A DNA stretch of 64,000 bases, taken from an archaeon (GTDB lineage Archaea; Nanobdellota; Nanobdellia; SCGC-AAA011-G17; GW2011-AR17). The translations under genes were made by a program, and so were the position numbers. Each line of letters starts with the position of its first letter. Position 1 is the stretch's first letter. Positions 9,307 through 17,386 of the stretch are shown here, piece after piece. Where the stretch lies: positions 29,324-93,323 of the forward strand of contig JABHYY010000018.1 in NCBI GenBank assembly GCA_018653605.1, given 5' to 3'. Under the pieces are notes generated by a model. That model searched no databases. It saw nothing but the letters and a program-made list of their open reading frames with translations, and was not told the DNA's origin.

Positions 9307-10566
9307 ATGTTAGATTACATAGACCTAAAATACAAACCTTCTAAAAAAGATCTTGTTGCTGAATACTATGTAGAACCTAACAGATTAAGTCTAAAAACAG
9401 TATCAAACCACCTAGCAGCAGAAAGTTCTATAGGAACATGGGATGATGTAGTAACACTTTCACCAAAAGTTGCAAAGAGACTAAAACCTTCAGTATACTC
9501 AATAAATCAGAAAAAGAAAATAATAAAGATAGCTTACCATGAAGAACTGTTTGAAAACGGAAACATGCCACAAATGCTATCTAGTATTGCAGGAAACATT
9601 TATGGAATGAAAGCAGTAAAAAATCTTAAACTTCTAGATATCCATTTCACAAAATCACAAGTAAAATCCTTCAAAGGCCCAAGGTTTGGAATCAAAGGAA
9701 TAAGAAGAATAACCAAAGTAAAAAAAAGACCTTTAGTTGGAACAATTGTAAAACCAAAAGTTGGCTTAACAGCAAAACAACATGCAAAAGTTGCATTCAA
9801 TGCATGGGTTGGTGGCCTTGACGCAGTTAAATTCGATGAAAACCTAACCAGTATGAAATTTAACAAGTTTGAAAAAAATATCAAACTTACAGAAAAGCTT
9901 AGAAGAAAAGCAGAAAAGATTACAGGTGAAAAAAAGTTATACTTAGCAAACATTACAGCAGAAACAGATGAAATGTTAAGAAGAGCAAAGTTTGTGCAAG
10001 ATCAGGGTGGCAATTACCTAATGGTTGATATTTTAACAATGGGTTTTGCAGCATTACAAACAGTAAGAAAACATGTTAAACTTCCACTGCATGGACACAG
10101 AGCAATGCATGCAGCACTAACAAAAGGAAACAATGGAATGTCAATGTTAGTAATTGCAAAGATTTCAAGACTTTTAGGTATTGACACTTTACACATTGGA
10201 ACTGCATACCTTGGAAAAATGTCAGAATCAAAACAATCAACTTTAGACATTCAAAAAGAAATTGAAAATCCTAATATGAAAGCACATGGTGAACTTCTAA
10301 AACAAAAATGGTATGGTATGAAACCTTGTTTAGCAGTAGCATCAGGAGGTTTACACCCAGGACACATACCAAAGTTAGTAAAAATAATGGGCAATGATGT
10401 TGTAATACAAGCAGGTGGAGGTTGTCATGCTCATCCATCAGGAACAATAGCTGGAGCAAAAGCAATGCGACAAGCTTTAGAAGCATCAATGCAAAAAGTA
10501 CCTTTACGAAGATATGCAAAGACCCACCCAGAACTTTCTGCAGCAATCAAAAGATGGGGTTGCTAA
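9307..10566 (+). CDS. rbcL: RuBisCO large subunit, form III (archaeal AMP-pathway type)
   Basis: 419 aa; GGLDAVKFDENL (carbamylated Lys region), GIDTLHIGTA, GGGCHAHPSG C-terminal loop motifs. Confidence 0.9.
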   Translation: MLDYIDLKYKPSKKDLVAEYYVEPNRLSLKTVSNHLAAESSIGTWDDVVTLSPKVAKRLKPSVYSINQKKKIIKIAYHEELFENGNMPQMLSSIAGNIYGMKAVKNLKLLDIHFTKSQVKSFKGPRFGIKGIRRITKVKKRPLVGTIVKPKVGLTAKQHAKVAFNAWVGGLDAVKFDENLTSMKFNKFEKNIKLTEKLRRKAEKITGEKKLYLANITAETDEMLRRAKFVQDQGGNYLMVDILTMGFAALQTVRKHVKLPLHGHRAMHAALTKGNNGMSMLVIAKISRLLGIDTLHIGTAYLGKMSESKQSTLDIQKEIENPNMKAHGELLKQKWYGMKPCLAVASGGLHPGHIPKLVKIMGNDVVIQAGGGCHAHPSGTIAGAKAMRQALEASMQKVPLRRYAKTHPELSAAIKRWGC

Positions 10567-10574
10567 ACAAAACC

Positions 10575-10611
10575 AAAAGCTTTTTTAAATAAAACTTAAT
10601 TCTCAAATATT
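10575..10611 (+). promoter_or_regulatory. BRE/TATA promoter (aaagcttttttaaata) ~25 nt upstream of leaderless ATG; duplicated at 10983..11019
   Basis: 52-bp near-identical sequence repeated before both HTH-repeat genes. Confidence 0.55.
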
Positions 10612-10965
10612 ATGACTTTAAGCAGAAAAGAAGTAGAAAGAGTAATTGAAGCATATGATACATATAATGGCATAGTTAATGCTGCAGCACAAGATTTACC
10701 CTTTTCAGCAATAACAATAAAAAAGTATTGGGGAAGAGCAAAATTAGAAACAGCTTATGAAAAAGACAAATCAATAAATCGTTTACCAGATGAACGAATA
10801 GAAAAGATCTTTGAGGCACATACAACATACAAAGGAGATACTTCCAAAGCTTGTAAACATTTAGGAGTAACACGTGCAACAATTATAAAACATTGGAAAA
10901 GAGAAAATTTGCCAATTGATCCACCCAATGACAATACAGCTTCGCTAGAAGAAAGAGTTATTTAA
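10612..10965 (+). CDS. tandem HTH-repeat DNA-binding protein (2 resolvase/Hin-like HTH units)
   Basis: 117 aa; two ~40-aa units I[EK]A[YH]xTYxG...xxTIxK[YH]W; second unit ACKHLGVTRATIIKHW resembles resolvase HTH. Confidence 0.55.
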   Translation: MTLSRKEVERVIEAYDTYNGIVNAAAQDLPFSAITIKKYWGRAKLETAYEKDKSINRLPDERIEKIFEAHTTYKGDTSKACKHLGVTRATIIKHWKRENLPIDPPNDNTASLEERVI

Positions 10966-10982
10966 CCACACTAAACAAAACC

Positions 10983-11019
10983 AAAAGCTTTTTTAAATAG
11001 ATGAAAATTCTCAAATATT
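10983..11019 (+). promoter_or_regulatory. duplicated BRE/TATA promoter copy
   Basis: aaaccaaaagcttttttaaata...attctcaaatattatgactttaa identical to 10567..10617. Confidence 0.55.
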
Positions 11020-11751
11020 ATGACTTTAAACAGAGAAGAAGTAACAAGATTAGTTGGAGCATATGATACATATAAAGGAATAGTAGCAAAAGCTGCAGAA
11101 GTATTACCTTTTTCAGGACCAACAATAGCAAAGTATTGGAGAGCAGAAGGACTAGAAATTAAAAGAAAAGAGAGGAAATTAAGAGCAGATGGAAGAGCTG
11201 TTCATGCCATTAGTAAAATAAATATATCTAAAATCATAAAGGCACATGAAACATACAAAGGAGATTTAGTAGATGCTACTAAAAACTTACCCTTTGCAAA
11301 ACCAACAATAGCAAAATATTGGGCTGAAAAAGAATTAGAAAGAGTTTATAGACTAAGAGGATATCCCAGACCAGTAATACGTTTTACAGATGAAAAAATA
11401 GAAGAAATAATTGAAGCACATAGAACATACAATGGAATGGTTGCAGCAGCAGCAAGAGAATTAAATGTTTCAAAATCATCAGTACTAAAGTATTGGGAAC
11501 AAGAAGATTTAGAAAGGAAAACATATAAAAAAAATCCTCATGCAAACTATAACCCAGTTGAAAAAGAAGAACATGCAAGGATAATTGCAGCATATGAAAC
11601 TTTTCAAGGAAATGCTTCAAAAGCAGGTAAACAATTAGGAAGATCACATACAACAATTACAAAATATTGGAGAAAAGCAAATTTAACAGTTCATCCACAA
11701 GGTAGAAAAAAAGTTTCATTAGAAACACTAGTTGACCAAAACTCTACTTAA
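11020..11751 (+). CDS. tandem HTH-repeat DNA-binding protein (4 HTH units), paralogue of 10612..10965
   Basis: 243 aa; four units each ending ...TIAKYW / VLKYW / ITKYW. Confidence 0.55.
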   Translation: MTLNREEVTRLVGAYDTYKGIVAKAAEVLPFSGPTIAKYWRAEGLEIKRKERKLRADGRAVHAISKINISKIIKAHETYKGDLVDATKNLPFAKPTIAKYWAEKELERVYRLRGYPRPVIRFTDEKIEEIIEAHRTYNGMVAAAARELNVSKSSVLKYWEQEDLERKTYKKNPHANYNPVEKEEHARIIAAYETFQGNASKAGKQLGRSHTTITKYWRKANLTVHPQGRKKVSLETLVDQNST

Positions 11752-12349
11752 ATTTCTCATAAACTAAATACCCAAAAGTACCAACAATCAATCCAAGCAT
11801 AACATCTAAAACAAAATGTTGCTTAGTAAATAAAGTTGACAGAGCAATCAAAACAAACACTGCATAATACCATTTCTTATTATACACCAAAGCAGAAAAC
11901 ATCACCAAAGAAACATGCGTACTAGGAAAAAGATTATGAGGAAAGTCTGCAGTATAAAGAACATTCATTAACCAAGTAAAAAATCCAGTCACAACAAACT
12001 CAGGCCTAACAATTTCACTAGGAAAAAACAAGAAAAAGGGCAAAGTGAATGCAATAACTGAAACAAAACCATAAACATAGGCTTTCATATCCTTCAATTC
12101 AAAAATGGGGAACCAAATTACAAAATACATTAAGATGTAAACCAAAGAGAAAAATGGAATAAATGGGAACCAAGAATCCAAAACAGTTTCATACGAATAA
12201 AACGCAGAATCATGTACAAACACATTAACTAAACAATACAAGATAGTCCAAGCCAACCATAGAGTGATTGCAATATACCATTTCTTTTCCATAAAAAACA
12301 GTTTTAAGCTAGTGTTTAAAAGATTTGCTAAATATAAAATTGGTACCAA
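11744..12349 (-). CDS. PAP2-superfamily lipid phosphatase/phosphotransferase (membrane)
   Basis: 201 aa multi-TM; PSTHVS (PSGH-like) and TKQHFVLDVMLG (SRxxxxxHxxxD-like) motifs. Confidence 0.6.
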   Translation of the reverse strand: MVPILYLANLLNTSLKLFFMEKKWYIAITLWLAWTILYCLVNVFVHDSAFYSYETVLDSWFPFIPFFSLVYILMYFVIWFPIFELKDMKAYVYGFVSVIAFTLPFFLFFPSEIVRPEFVVTGFFTWLMNVLYTADFPHNLFPSTHVSLVMFSALVYNKKWYYAVFVLIALSTLFTKQHFVLDVMLGLIVGTFGYLVYEKFK

Positions 12350-12372
12350 TTAAAAAAAAATAAAAAAAGGGA

Positions 12373-12519
12373 TCACCTCCCAACTTTTTTCTCAATAAAA
12401 TTCAATAATTTATTTGTTCGGTCCATCCGATGCAAAACAACACAACCATCAGGTTTTGTGCTATCATATGCTTTACATTGATCTGTACACTCTCTATCCA
12501 CATAAGGACATTTTGCCAT
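12373..12519 (-). CDS. small Cys-rich (zinc-ribbon-like) protein, 48 aa
   Basis: MAKCPYVDRECTDQCKAYDSTKPDGCVVLHRMDRTNKLLNFIEKKVGR; 4 Cys; 5 bp downstream of RimK gene; not in ORF track (<60 aa). Confidence 0.35.
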   Translation of the reverse strand: MAKCPYVDRECTDQCKAYDSTKPDGCVVLHRMDRTNKLLNFIEKKVGR

Positions 12520-12524
12520 TTCCT

Positions 12525-13607
12525 CTACCTCCCAGCTTTGTTCTTTTTGATAGCAATTTCTTGCTTATCAATAAAAAGACTAACCTCTTCCCCATCCCTG
12601 AAATTTGTAATTCTTGTTACAACTTCAGGCAACCTAATCCTACCCATTTTTATATCTAAGTTAGCCAATATTTCTTTTGAATCAACTTTTTGGACATTCA
12701 AATCATCCATAATGTTTTGAACATTATCTCTTTTTTCTTCCTTTCTAAACTCAACAGTTCTTTCATATAAGTACCTTGCAACAATATCAGGAACATCTTT
12801 CCCAGTTGCAGCACTTATCCCTTCAACACCAGGTGTTGCATTAATTTCTAAAACAACAGGCCTCACACCTTGTAAAATATCAACACCACAAACATCAGCT
12901 TTGATTGCTTTTGCAGCCTTTATAGCTAACTGTTCAGTATCATAATCCAACTCAAAAGCAAGACCTTTTCCACCTTGATGAATATTAGCTCTCACTTCTT
13001 CCTTCCCAGCCTTTCTTTGCATACTTGCAACAACTTTGTTTCCAACAACATAAGCCCTAATATCAGTTCCACCAGTATCAATATACTCTTGAATTATAAA
13101 AGCTTGACCAAAAGTTTCCAAAGCATCTAAAAGAGTTTTTGCAGACTCAACAGAATCAGCAACCATAACGCCCTTACCTTGGGTTCCAGCAGGAGTCTTC
13201 AGAATAATAGGATACTTAACCATCTGTAAAACATTTCTTGCTTCTTCAGCATTAGAACAAAAATAAGTTTCAGGTACAGCAACACCTTCCCTTTGCAACC
13301 TAAGCAAAGTTAACAATTTATTATGACAAGTTGGAAAAACAGAAGCATGCAAAGGCAAATAAACAGTTCCAGCCAAAAGATGACTTGCAGTGTACTGCAA
13401 CAACTCATACCTAAAAGATCCTTTAAAATATAAACAATCAAACCCTTTCAAAGGCTTACCTTCATACAAAACTTCTTTTCCAGAATCTACCTTTGTTGAT
13501 AATTTTTTAATATTAACTAACTCAACCTCATCAAAATACTTCTTAGCCCTTTCAAGGATCAATAAAGCTCCCGGACCTCCAACACTAACAACACCTAATT
13601 TCATCAT
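12525..13607 (-). CDS. rimK: RimK-family ATP-grasp alpha-L-glutamate ligase with ~70-aa C-terminal extension
   Basis: 360 aa; ATP-grasp motifs (KPLKGFDCLYFKG, IILKTPAGTQGKGV, EYIDTGGTDIRAYVVG, EINATPG). Confidence 0.8.
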   Translation of the reverse strand: MMKLGVVSVGGPGALLILERAKKYFDEVELVNIKKLSTKVDSGKEVLYEGKPLKGFDCLYFKGSFRYELLQYTASHLLAGTVYLPLHASVFPTCHNKLLTLLRLQREGVAVPETYFCSNAEEARNVLQMVKYPIILKTPAGTQGKGVMVADSVESAKTLLDALETFGQAFIIQEYIDTGGTDIRAYVVGNKVVASMQRKAGKEEVRANIHQGGKGLAFELDYDTEQLAIKAAKAIKADVCGVDILQGVRPVVLEINATPGVEGISAATGKDVPDIVARYLYERTVEFRKEEKRDNVQNIMDDLNVQKVDSKEILANLDIKMGRIRLPEVVTRITNFRDGEEVSLFIDKQEIAIKKNKAGR

Positions 13608-13939
13608 AAAGAAGGGTCAATCAAAAAACCCTGTTTTAACACCTCCACCCCAATCAAAATCTGATACTGCAAATGACTTCTATCAGCCACATTAAAATGT
13701 GTATCTAACTTTTTCCCTTTCAAAACAATCTCAGCTCCAACCAAAGGCCTGACCTGCTGCCCTGAAGCAGACTTAACTAAAATTGTTTTACCCAAACCCT
13801 CTAAACCAAGCTCTTCAGCTAAAGACTTAGATATTGAATTCCCTCTTGCTCCAGTGTCAATCTTAGCTTTGATAACTTTTCCCCCAACTTCAACATCTTC
13901 AACCAAACCAATACAAACCTTATCCATAATAAGATTCAA
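13604..13939 (-). CDS. retropepsin-like aspartic protease (RimB / PF05618 Zn_protease-like), RimK-associated
   Basis: 111 aa; KIDTGARGNS (D-T-G catalytic motif); 4-bp overlap (atga) with rimK start. Confidence 0.6.
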   Translation of the reverse strand: MNLIMDKVCIGLVEDVEVGGKVIKAKIDTGARGNSISKSLAEELGLEGLGKTILVKSASGQQVRPLVGAEIVLKGKKLDTHFNVADRSHLQYQILIGVEVLKQGFLIDPSL

Positions 13940-14024
13940 GCAAAGTAGCTTTAAAAGAATTTCTATAGATCAAAACATACTATTTACCAAAAATCTTAAT
14001 AAAGATAAAAACCATACAAAACAC

Positions 14025-15014
14025 ATGCATTTAAACAAATATACTTCATATTTTTATATAGCATTCGCAGTTGTTATCCTTTACTTCACTTTAAAGATAA
14101 TTAACCCTTACATCAATGCCTTACTTTCAAGCATAGTTTTATCATTTATTTTCTATCCAGTATATAGATGGTTACACAAATACATAAAAAATAAAACCAT
14201 TTGTTCATTAATTGTTACAATAGCATTAATCTTAATTTTGCTAGTACCATCAGCCTACATTCTTAACACAATTATCACAGAAGCAGCAAGCCTTTACAAC
14301 ACAGATTTCCAAACTGCAAAAGATCTCTTAATAGATAAATTAAATATTAACTTAAGTCCAGAAGTAGAAGAAAGTTTAAATGACTTAATAAGAAATGCAG
14401 TACTTTCAATTATAGATTTAACTTCGGAGTTCTTGCTCTCATTACCACAAATGTTTATTAATTTCTTCATAATGGTCTTTGTATTCTTCTTTTCCTTCAA
14501 AGATGGAGAAAAAATAGTAAAGTATTTCAGAGAAAGTTTACCAATTGATGAAGGACACAAAAAAGCAGTAATCAAAAAAATTCAAACAACAATAAGTTCT
14601 TTAGTTTATGGAGAGATTGCAATTTCACTTATAGAAGGTGTGGTTGCAGCAATTGGATTTTATTTAATTGGAGTAAATTCACCAATATTCTTTGGTTTAA
14701 TCGTCGCAATATTTGCCTTGTTACCATTAATAGGACCAACAATTGTATATGTACCATTAGCAATTTACCAATTCATGCAAGGTGAAATCCTAACAGGAAT
14801 TATTTTGCTAGCCTTTGGTTTCTTTGTATTAACATTATTACTAGATTTAATAGTAAAACCAAAATTGCTTGGAATGAAAGGACACATCCATCCCATTATA
14901 ATCTTGCTAGGTGTACTAGGTGGTTTAAGTGTATTCGGTCTACCAGGATTAATCATAGGACCGGTTATCTTAGTATTATTTATTTTAATAATAGAAATCT
15001 TCTTTGAAAAATAG
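14025..15014 (+). CDS. AI-2E family (PerM/UPF0118) membrane transporter
   Basis: ~330 aa, 7-8 TM; start moved to ATG 14025 (upstream part of the supplied ORF overlaps the divergent gene). Confidence 0.65.
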   Translation: MHLNKYTSYFYIAFAVVILYFTLKIINPYINALLSSIVLSFIFYPVYRWLHKYIKNKTICSLIVTIALILILLVPSAYILNTIITEAASLYNTDFQTAKDLLIDKLNINLSPEVEESLNDLIRNAVLSIIDLTSEFLLSLPQMFINFFIMVFVFFFSFKDGEKIVKYFRESLPIDEGHKKAVIKKIQTTISSLVYGEIAISLIEGVVAAIGFYLIGVNSPIFFGLIVAIFALLPLIGPTIVYVPLAIYQFMQGEILTGIILLAFGFFVLTLLLDLIVKPKLLGMKGHIHPIIILLGVLGGLSVFGLPGLIIGPVILVLFILIIEIFFEK

Positions 15015-15053
15015 TAGAAACTTATTTAAGCTAAAATACACATGAAATAATTA

Positions 15054-16523
15054 ATGAAATTAAAAGTAAAAGAGGTTAAGTTAAGTACAGGTGGTCCCTT
15101 AATAGCAATTCTTACACAAAAAGATGCAAGATTGTTAGATCTTTCTCCAGGAGATAGAGTTCTAATCAAAAGACCCAAAGTAAAAAAAGAAATAACTTGT
15201 GTTGTAGACATTTCAAGCATGGGAATAAAAAATGGAGAGATAGGATTTTTTGAAGAAGCATTCAAAGCACTAAAAGCTAAATCAAAACAACAAGTAGAAG
15301 TTAATTTAGCAGAAAAACCAAAATCAATTTATTATATCAAGAAAAAATTAGAAGGAATTGAATTAAGTGGAAAAGAAATTAATGAAATTGTCAAGGACAT
15401 CATTGCAAACAAACTTTCTGAAGTTGAAACAACATACTTTATTGCAGCATGTTACACAAAAGGAATGAAACTAAGAGAAGCTGCAAAACTAACACAATCA
15501 ATTGTTGACAATGGTGAAACTTTAAAATTCAAAAGTAAAGTTCTTGTTGACAAACATTGCATAGGAGGTGTTCCAGGAAACAGAACAACAATGTTAGTTG
15601 TACCAATCATGGCAGCACTAGGATACAAAATGCCAAAAACTTCCTCAAGAAGCATTACTTCACCAGCAGGAACTTCAGACACAATGGAAGTTCTAGCACC
15701 AGTTTCCCTTTCAACTAAAAAAATAAAAAAAGTAGTAAACAAAACAGGAGGTTGCATGGCTTGGGGTGGAGCAGTAAACTTAGCAGCAGCAGATGACAAA
15801 CTAATCAAACTAAGGCACGATCTTTCAATTGATCCTTTAGGCATGATGCTTGCAAGTATCATGGCAAAGAAAAAGTCAGTTGGCTCAACACATGTTTTAA
15901 TTGACATTCCATGGGGCAAAGGTTCAAAAGTTGCAAATAAAAAAGATGCAATAAAATTAAAAAAACTTTTCATAAAAATAGGTAAACTTCTTGGAATGAA
16001 AGTAAAAGTTGTTATGACAGATGGAACACAACCAGTTGGTTCAGGAATAGGGCCAGCACTAGAATGTTCAGATGTAATTGCAGTACTAAAGGGCGATGGA
16101 CCAAATGATCTAAGAGAAAAAGGAGTTTTCTTAGCAACAGAAATGTTAAAATTATTAAAAGTAAGAAGACCAAAGAAAAAAGTTTTAGATATTCTAGACT
16201 CAGGCAAAGCTTACAAAAAGTTTAGAGAAATTATTATAGCACAAGGTGGACTAAAAAGACCAAACATTCCTTCAGCAGATTTATTTTATGAATACAAAGC
16301 AACCAAAGCAGGAAAAGTAAAAGAGATCAATAATAAACAAATTTCAAAATTAGCTAGAATCGCAGGTGCACCTGATGACAAAGTAGCTGGAATGTACCTT
16401 AGAGTCAGAGTTCATAACAAAGTGAAAAAAGGACATATATTATTTACACTTTATGCAAAGAGTCAGACTAAACTAGACAATGCTAAGAAGTATTTGAAAA
16501 GTATAAAACCAATAATTTACTAA
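15054..16523 (+). CDS. AMP phosphorylase (thymidine-phosphorylase family with N-terminal extension)
   Basis: 489 aa; CIGGVPGNRTTMLVVPIMAALG...TSSRSITSPAGTSDTME nucleoside-phosphorylase motifs plus ~80-aa N-terminal domain typical of archaeal AMPpase. Confidence 0.85.
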   Translation: MKLKVKEVKLSTGGPLIAILTQKDARLLDLSPGDRVLIKRPKVKKEITCVVDISSMGIKNGEIGFFEEAFKALKAKSKQQVEVNLAEKPKSIYYIKKKLEGIELSGKEINEIVKDIIANKLSEVETTYFIAACYTKGMKLREAAKLTQSIVDNGETLKFKSKVLVDKHCIGGVPGNRTTMLVVPIMAALGYKMPKTSSRSITSPAGTSDTMEVLAPVSLSTKKIKKVVNKTGGCMAWGGAVNLAAADDKLIKLRHDLSIDPLGMMLASIMAKKKSVGSTHVLIDIPWGKGSKVANKKDAIKLKKLFIKIGKLLGMKVKVVMTDGTQPVGSGIGPALECSDVIAVLKGDGPNDLREKGVFLATEMLKLLKVRRPKKKVLDILDSGKAYKKFREIIIAQGGLKRPNIPSADLFYEYKATKAGKVKEINNKQISKLARIAGAPDDKVAGMYLRVRVHNKVKKGHILFTLYAKSQTKLDNAKKYLKSIKPIIY

Positions 16524-16560
16524 ACAAATCTTTAAATAATTCTAAACAAAAATCAATATT

Positions 16561-17085
16561 ATGGAAGAAATCAAAAGAAAAATAAGAACAATCCCTAACT
16601 TTCCAAAAGAAGGAATAATGTTCAGAGACATCACTACTTTACTGGCTGACCCTGAAGGACTAAAGAAAACACTAGAATACTTTCTAATCAGGTACAAAGG
16701 AAGAAAAATTGACAAAGTTGTAGGTATTGAAAGCAGAGGTTTCATTTTAGGAGGAGCACTAGCTTACTTGCTAAACAAAGGTTTTGTTCCAGTTAGAAAA
16801 AAAGGGAAATTACCTGGCGAAACAATTGGAATAACTTATGATCTAGAATATGGAACAGACACTTTAGAAATGCACACAGATTCAATTAAACCAGGAGAAA
16901 ATGTTTTACTTGTAGACGATCTAATTGCCACAGGAGGTTCCTGTAGAGCTGCAGCAGACCTTATTGAAAGACAAGGTGGAAAAATAGTAGAATGCGCATT
17001 TATAGTAGATCTGCCAGATCTAAAAGGTAAAGAAAAAATTAAAAATTATGATATATTTACTTTAGTTGAATTCGAAGGAGATTAA
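16561..17085 (+). CDS. apt: adenine phosphoribosyltransferase
   Basis: 174 aa; PRPP-binding VLLVDDLIATGGS; VVGIESRGFILG. Confidence 0.85.
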   Translation: MEEIKRKIRTIPNFPKEGIMFRDITTLLADPEGLKKTLEYFLIRYKGRKIDKVVGIESRGFILGGALAYLLNKGFVPVRKKGKLPGETIGITYDLEYGTDTLEMHTDSIKPGENVLLVDDLIATGGSCRAAADLIERQGGKIVECAFIVDLPDLKGKEKIKNYDIFTLVEFEGD

Positions 17086-17295
17086 TTACCTTCTCTTTTT
17101 TCTTTTAACAACTTTTTTCTTAACTGTTTTTTTCCTAAAAAGCCTTTTTTTTGCAGGTTTCTTACCTAGGATTACAGATTCTAACCTTACAATCTTCCTT
17201 TCTAGCAAAAATATCCTTCTCAAACCATAAATCATTGCAATAACACCAGCAAGAGTTATGTAAGATATAAATAATATTTGATTTTCAATAGCCAT
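17086..17295 (-). CDS. small membrane protein with Lys/Arg-rich tail
   Basis: 69 aa, one TM then KKRLFRKKTVKKKVVKRKKRR. Confidence 0.3.
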   Translation of the reverse strand: MAIENQILFISYITLAGVIAMIYGLRRIFLLERKIVRLESVILGKKPAKKRLFRKKTVKKKVVKRKKRR

Positions 17296-17386
17296 AAAGT
17301 ATCACCTCTGTTACTATATACACCATTCTAATATAAATACTTTACTACAAAGGTTTAAATATGATTTCTTCACCCAAAAATAGGAT

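Noticed and set aside
12373-12519. Small Cys protein as a LysW-type amino-group carrier for the ATP-grasp ligase
   Set aside because: Lacks the obligatory acidic C-terminal EGGE/DxxE tail of LysW; kept only as a generic zinc-ribbon candidate.
12414-12720. Two plus-strand ORFs (81 and 96 aa)
   Set aside because: Antisense to the rimK 3' end and the small Cys-ribbon gene; hydrophobic, codon-implausible translations.
13854-14024. N-terminal 57 codons of supplied ORF 13854..15014
   Set aside because: Overlaps the divergent retropepsin gene and its promoter; AI-2E transporter homology begins at Met58, so start moved to 14025.
15452-16207. 251-aa minus-strand ORF
   Set aside because: Shadow ORF fully antisense to the well-supported AMP phosphorylase gene; low-complexity translation.
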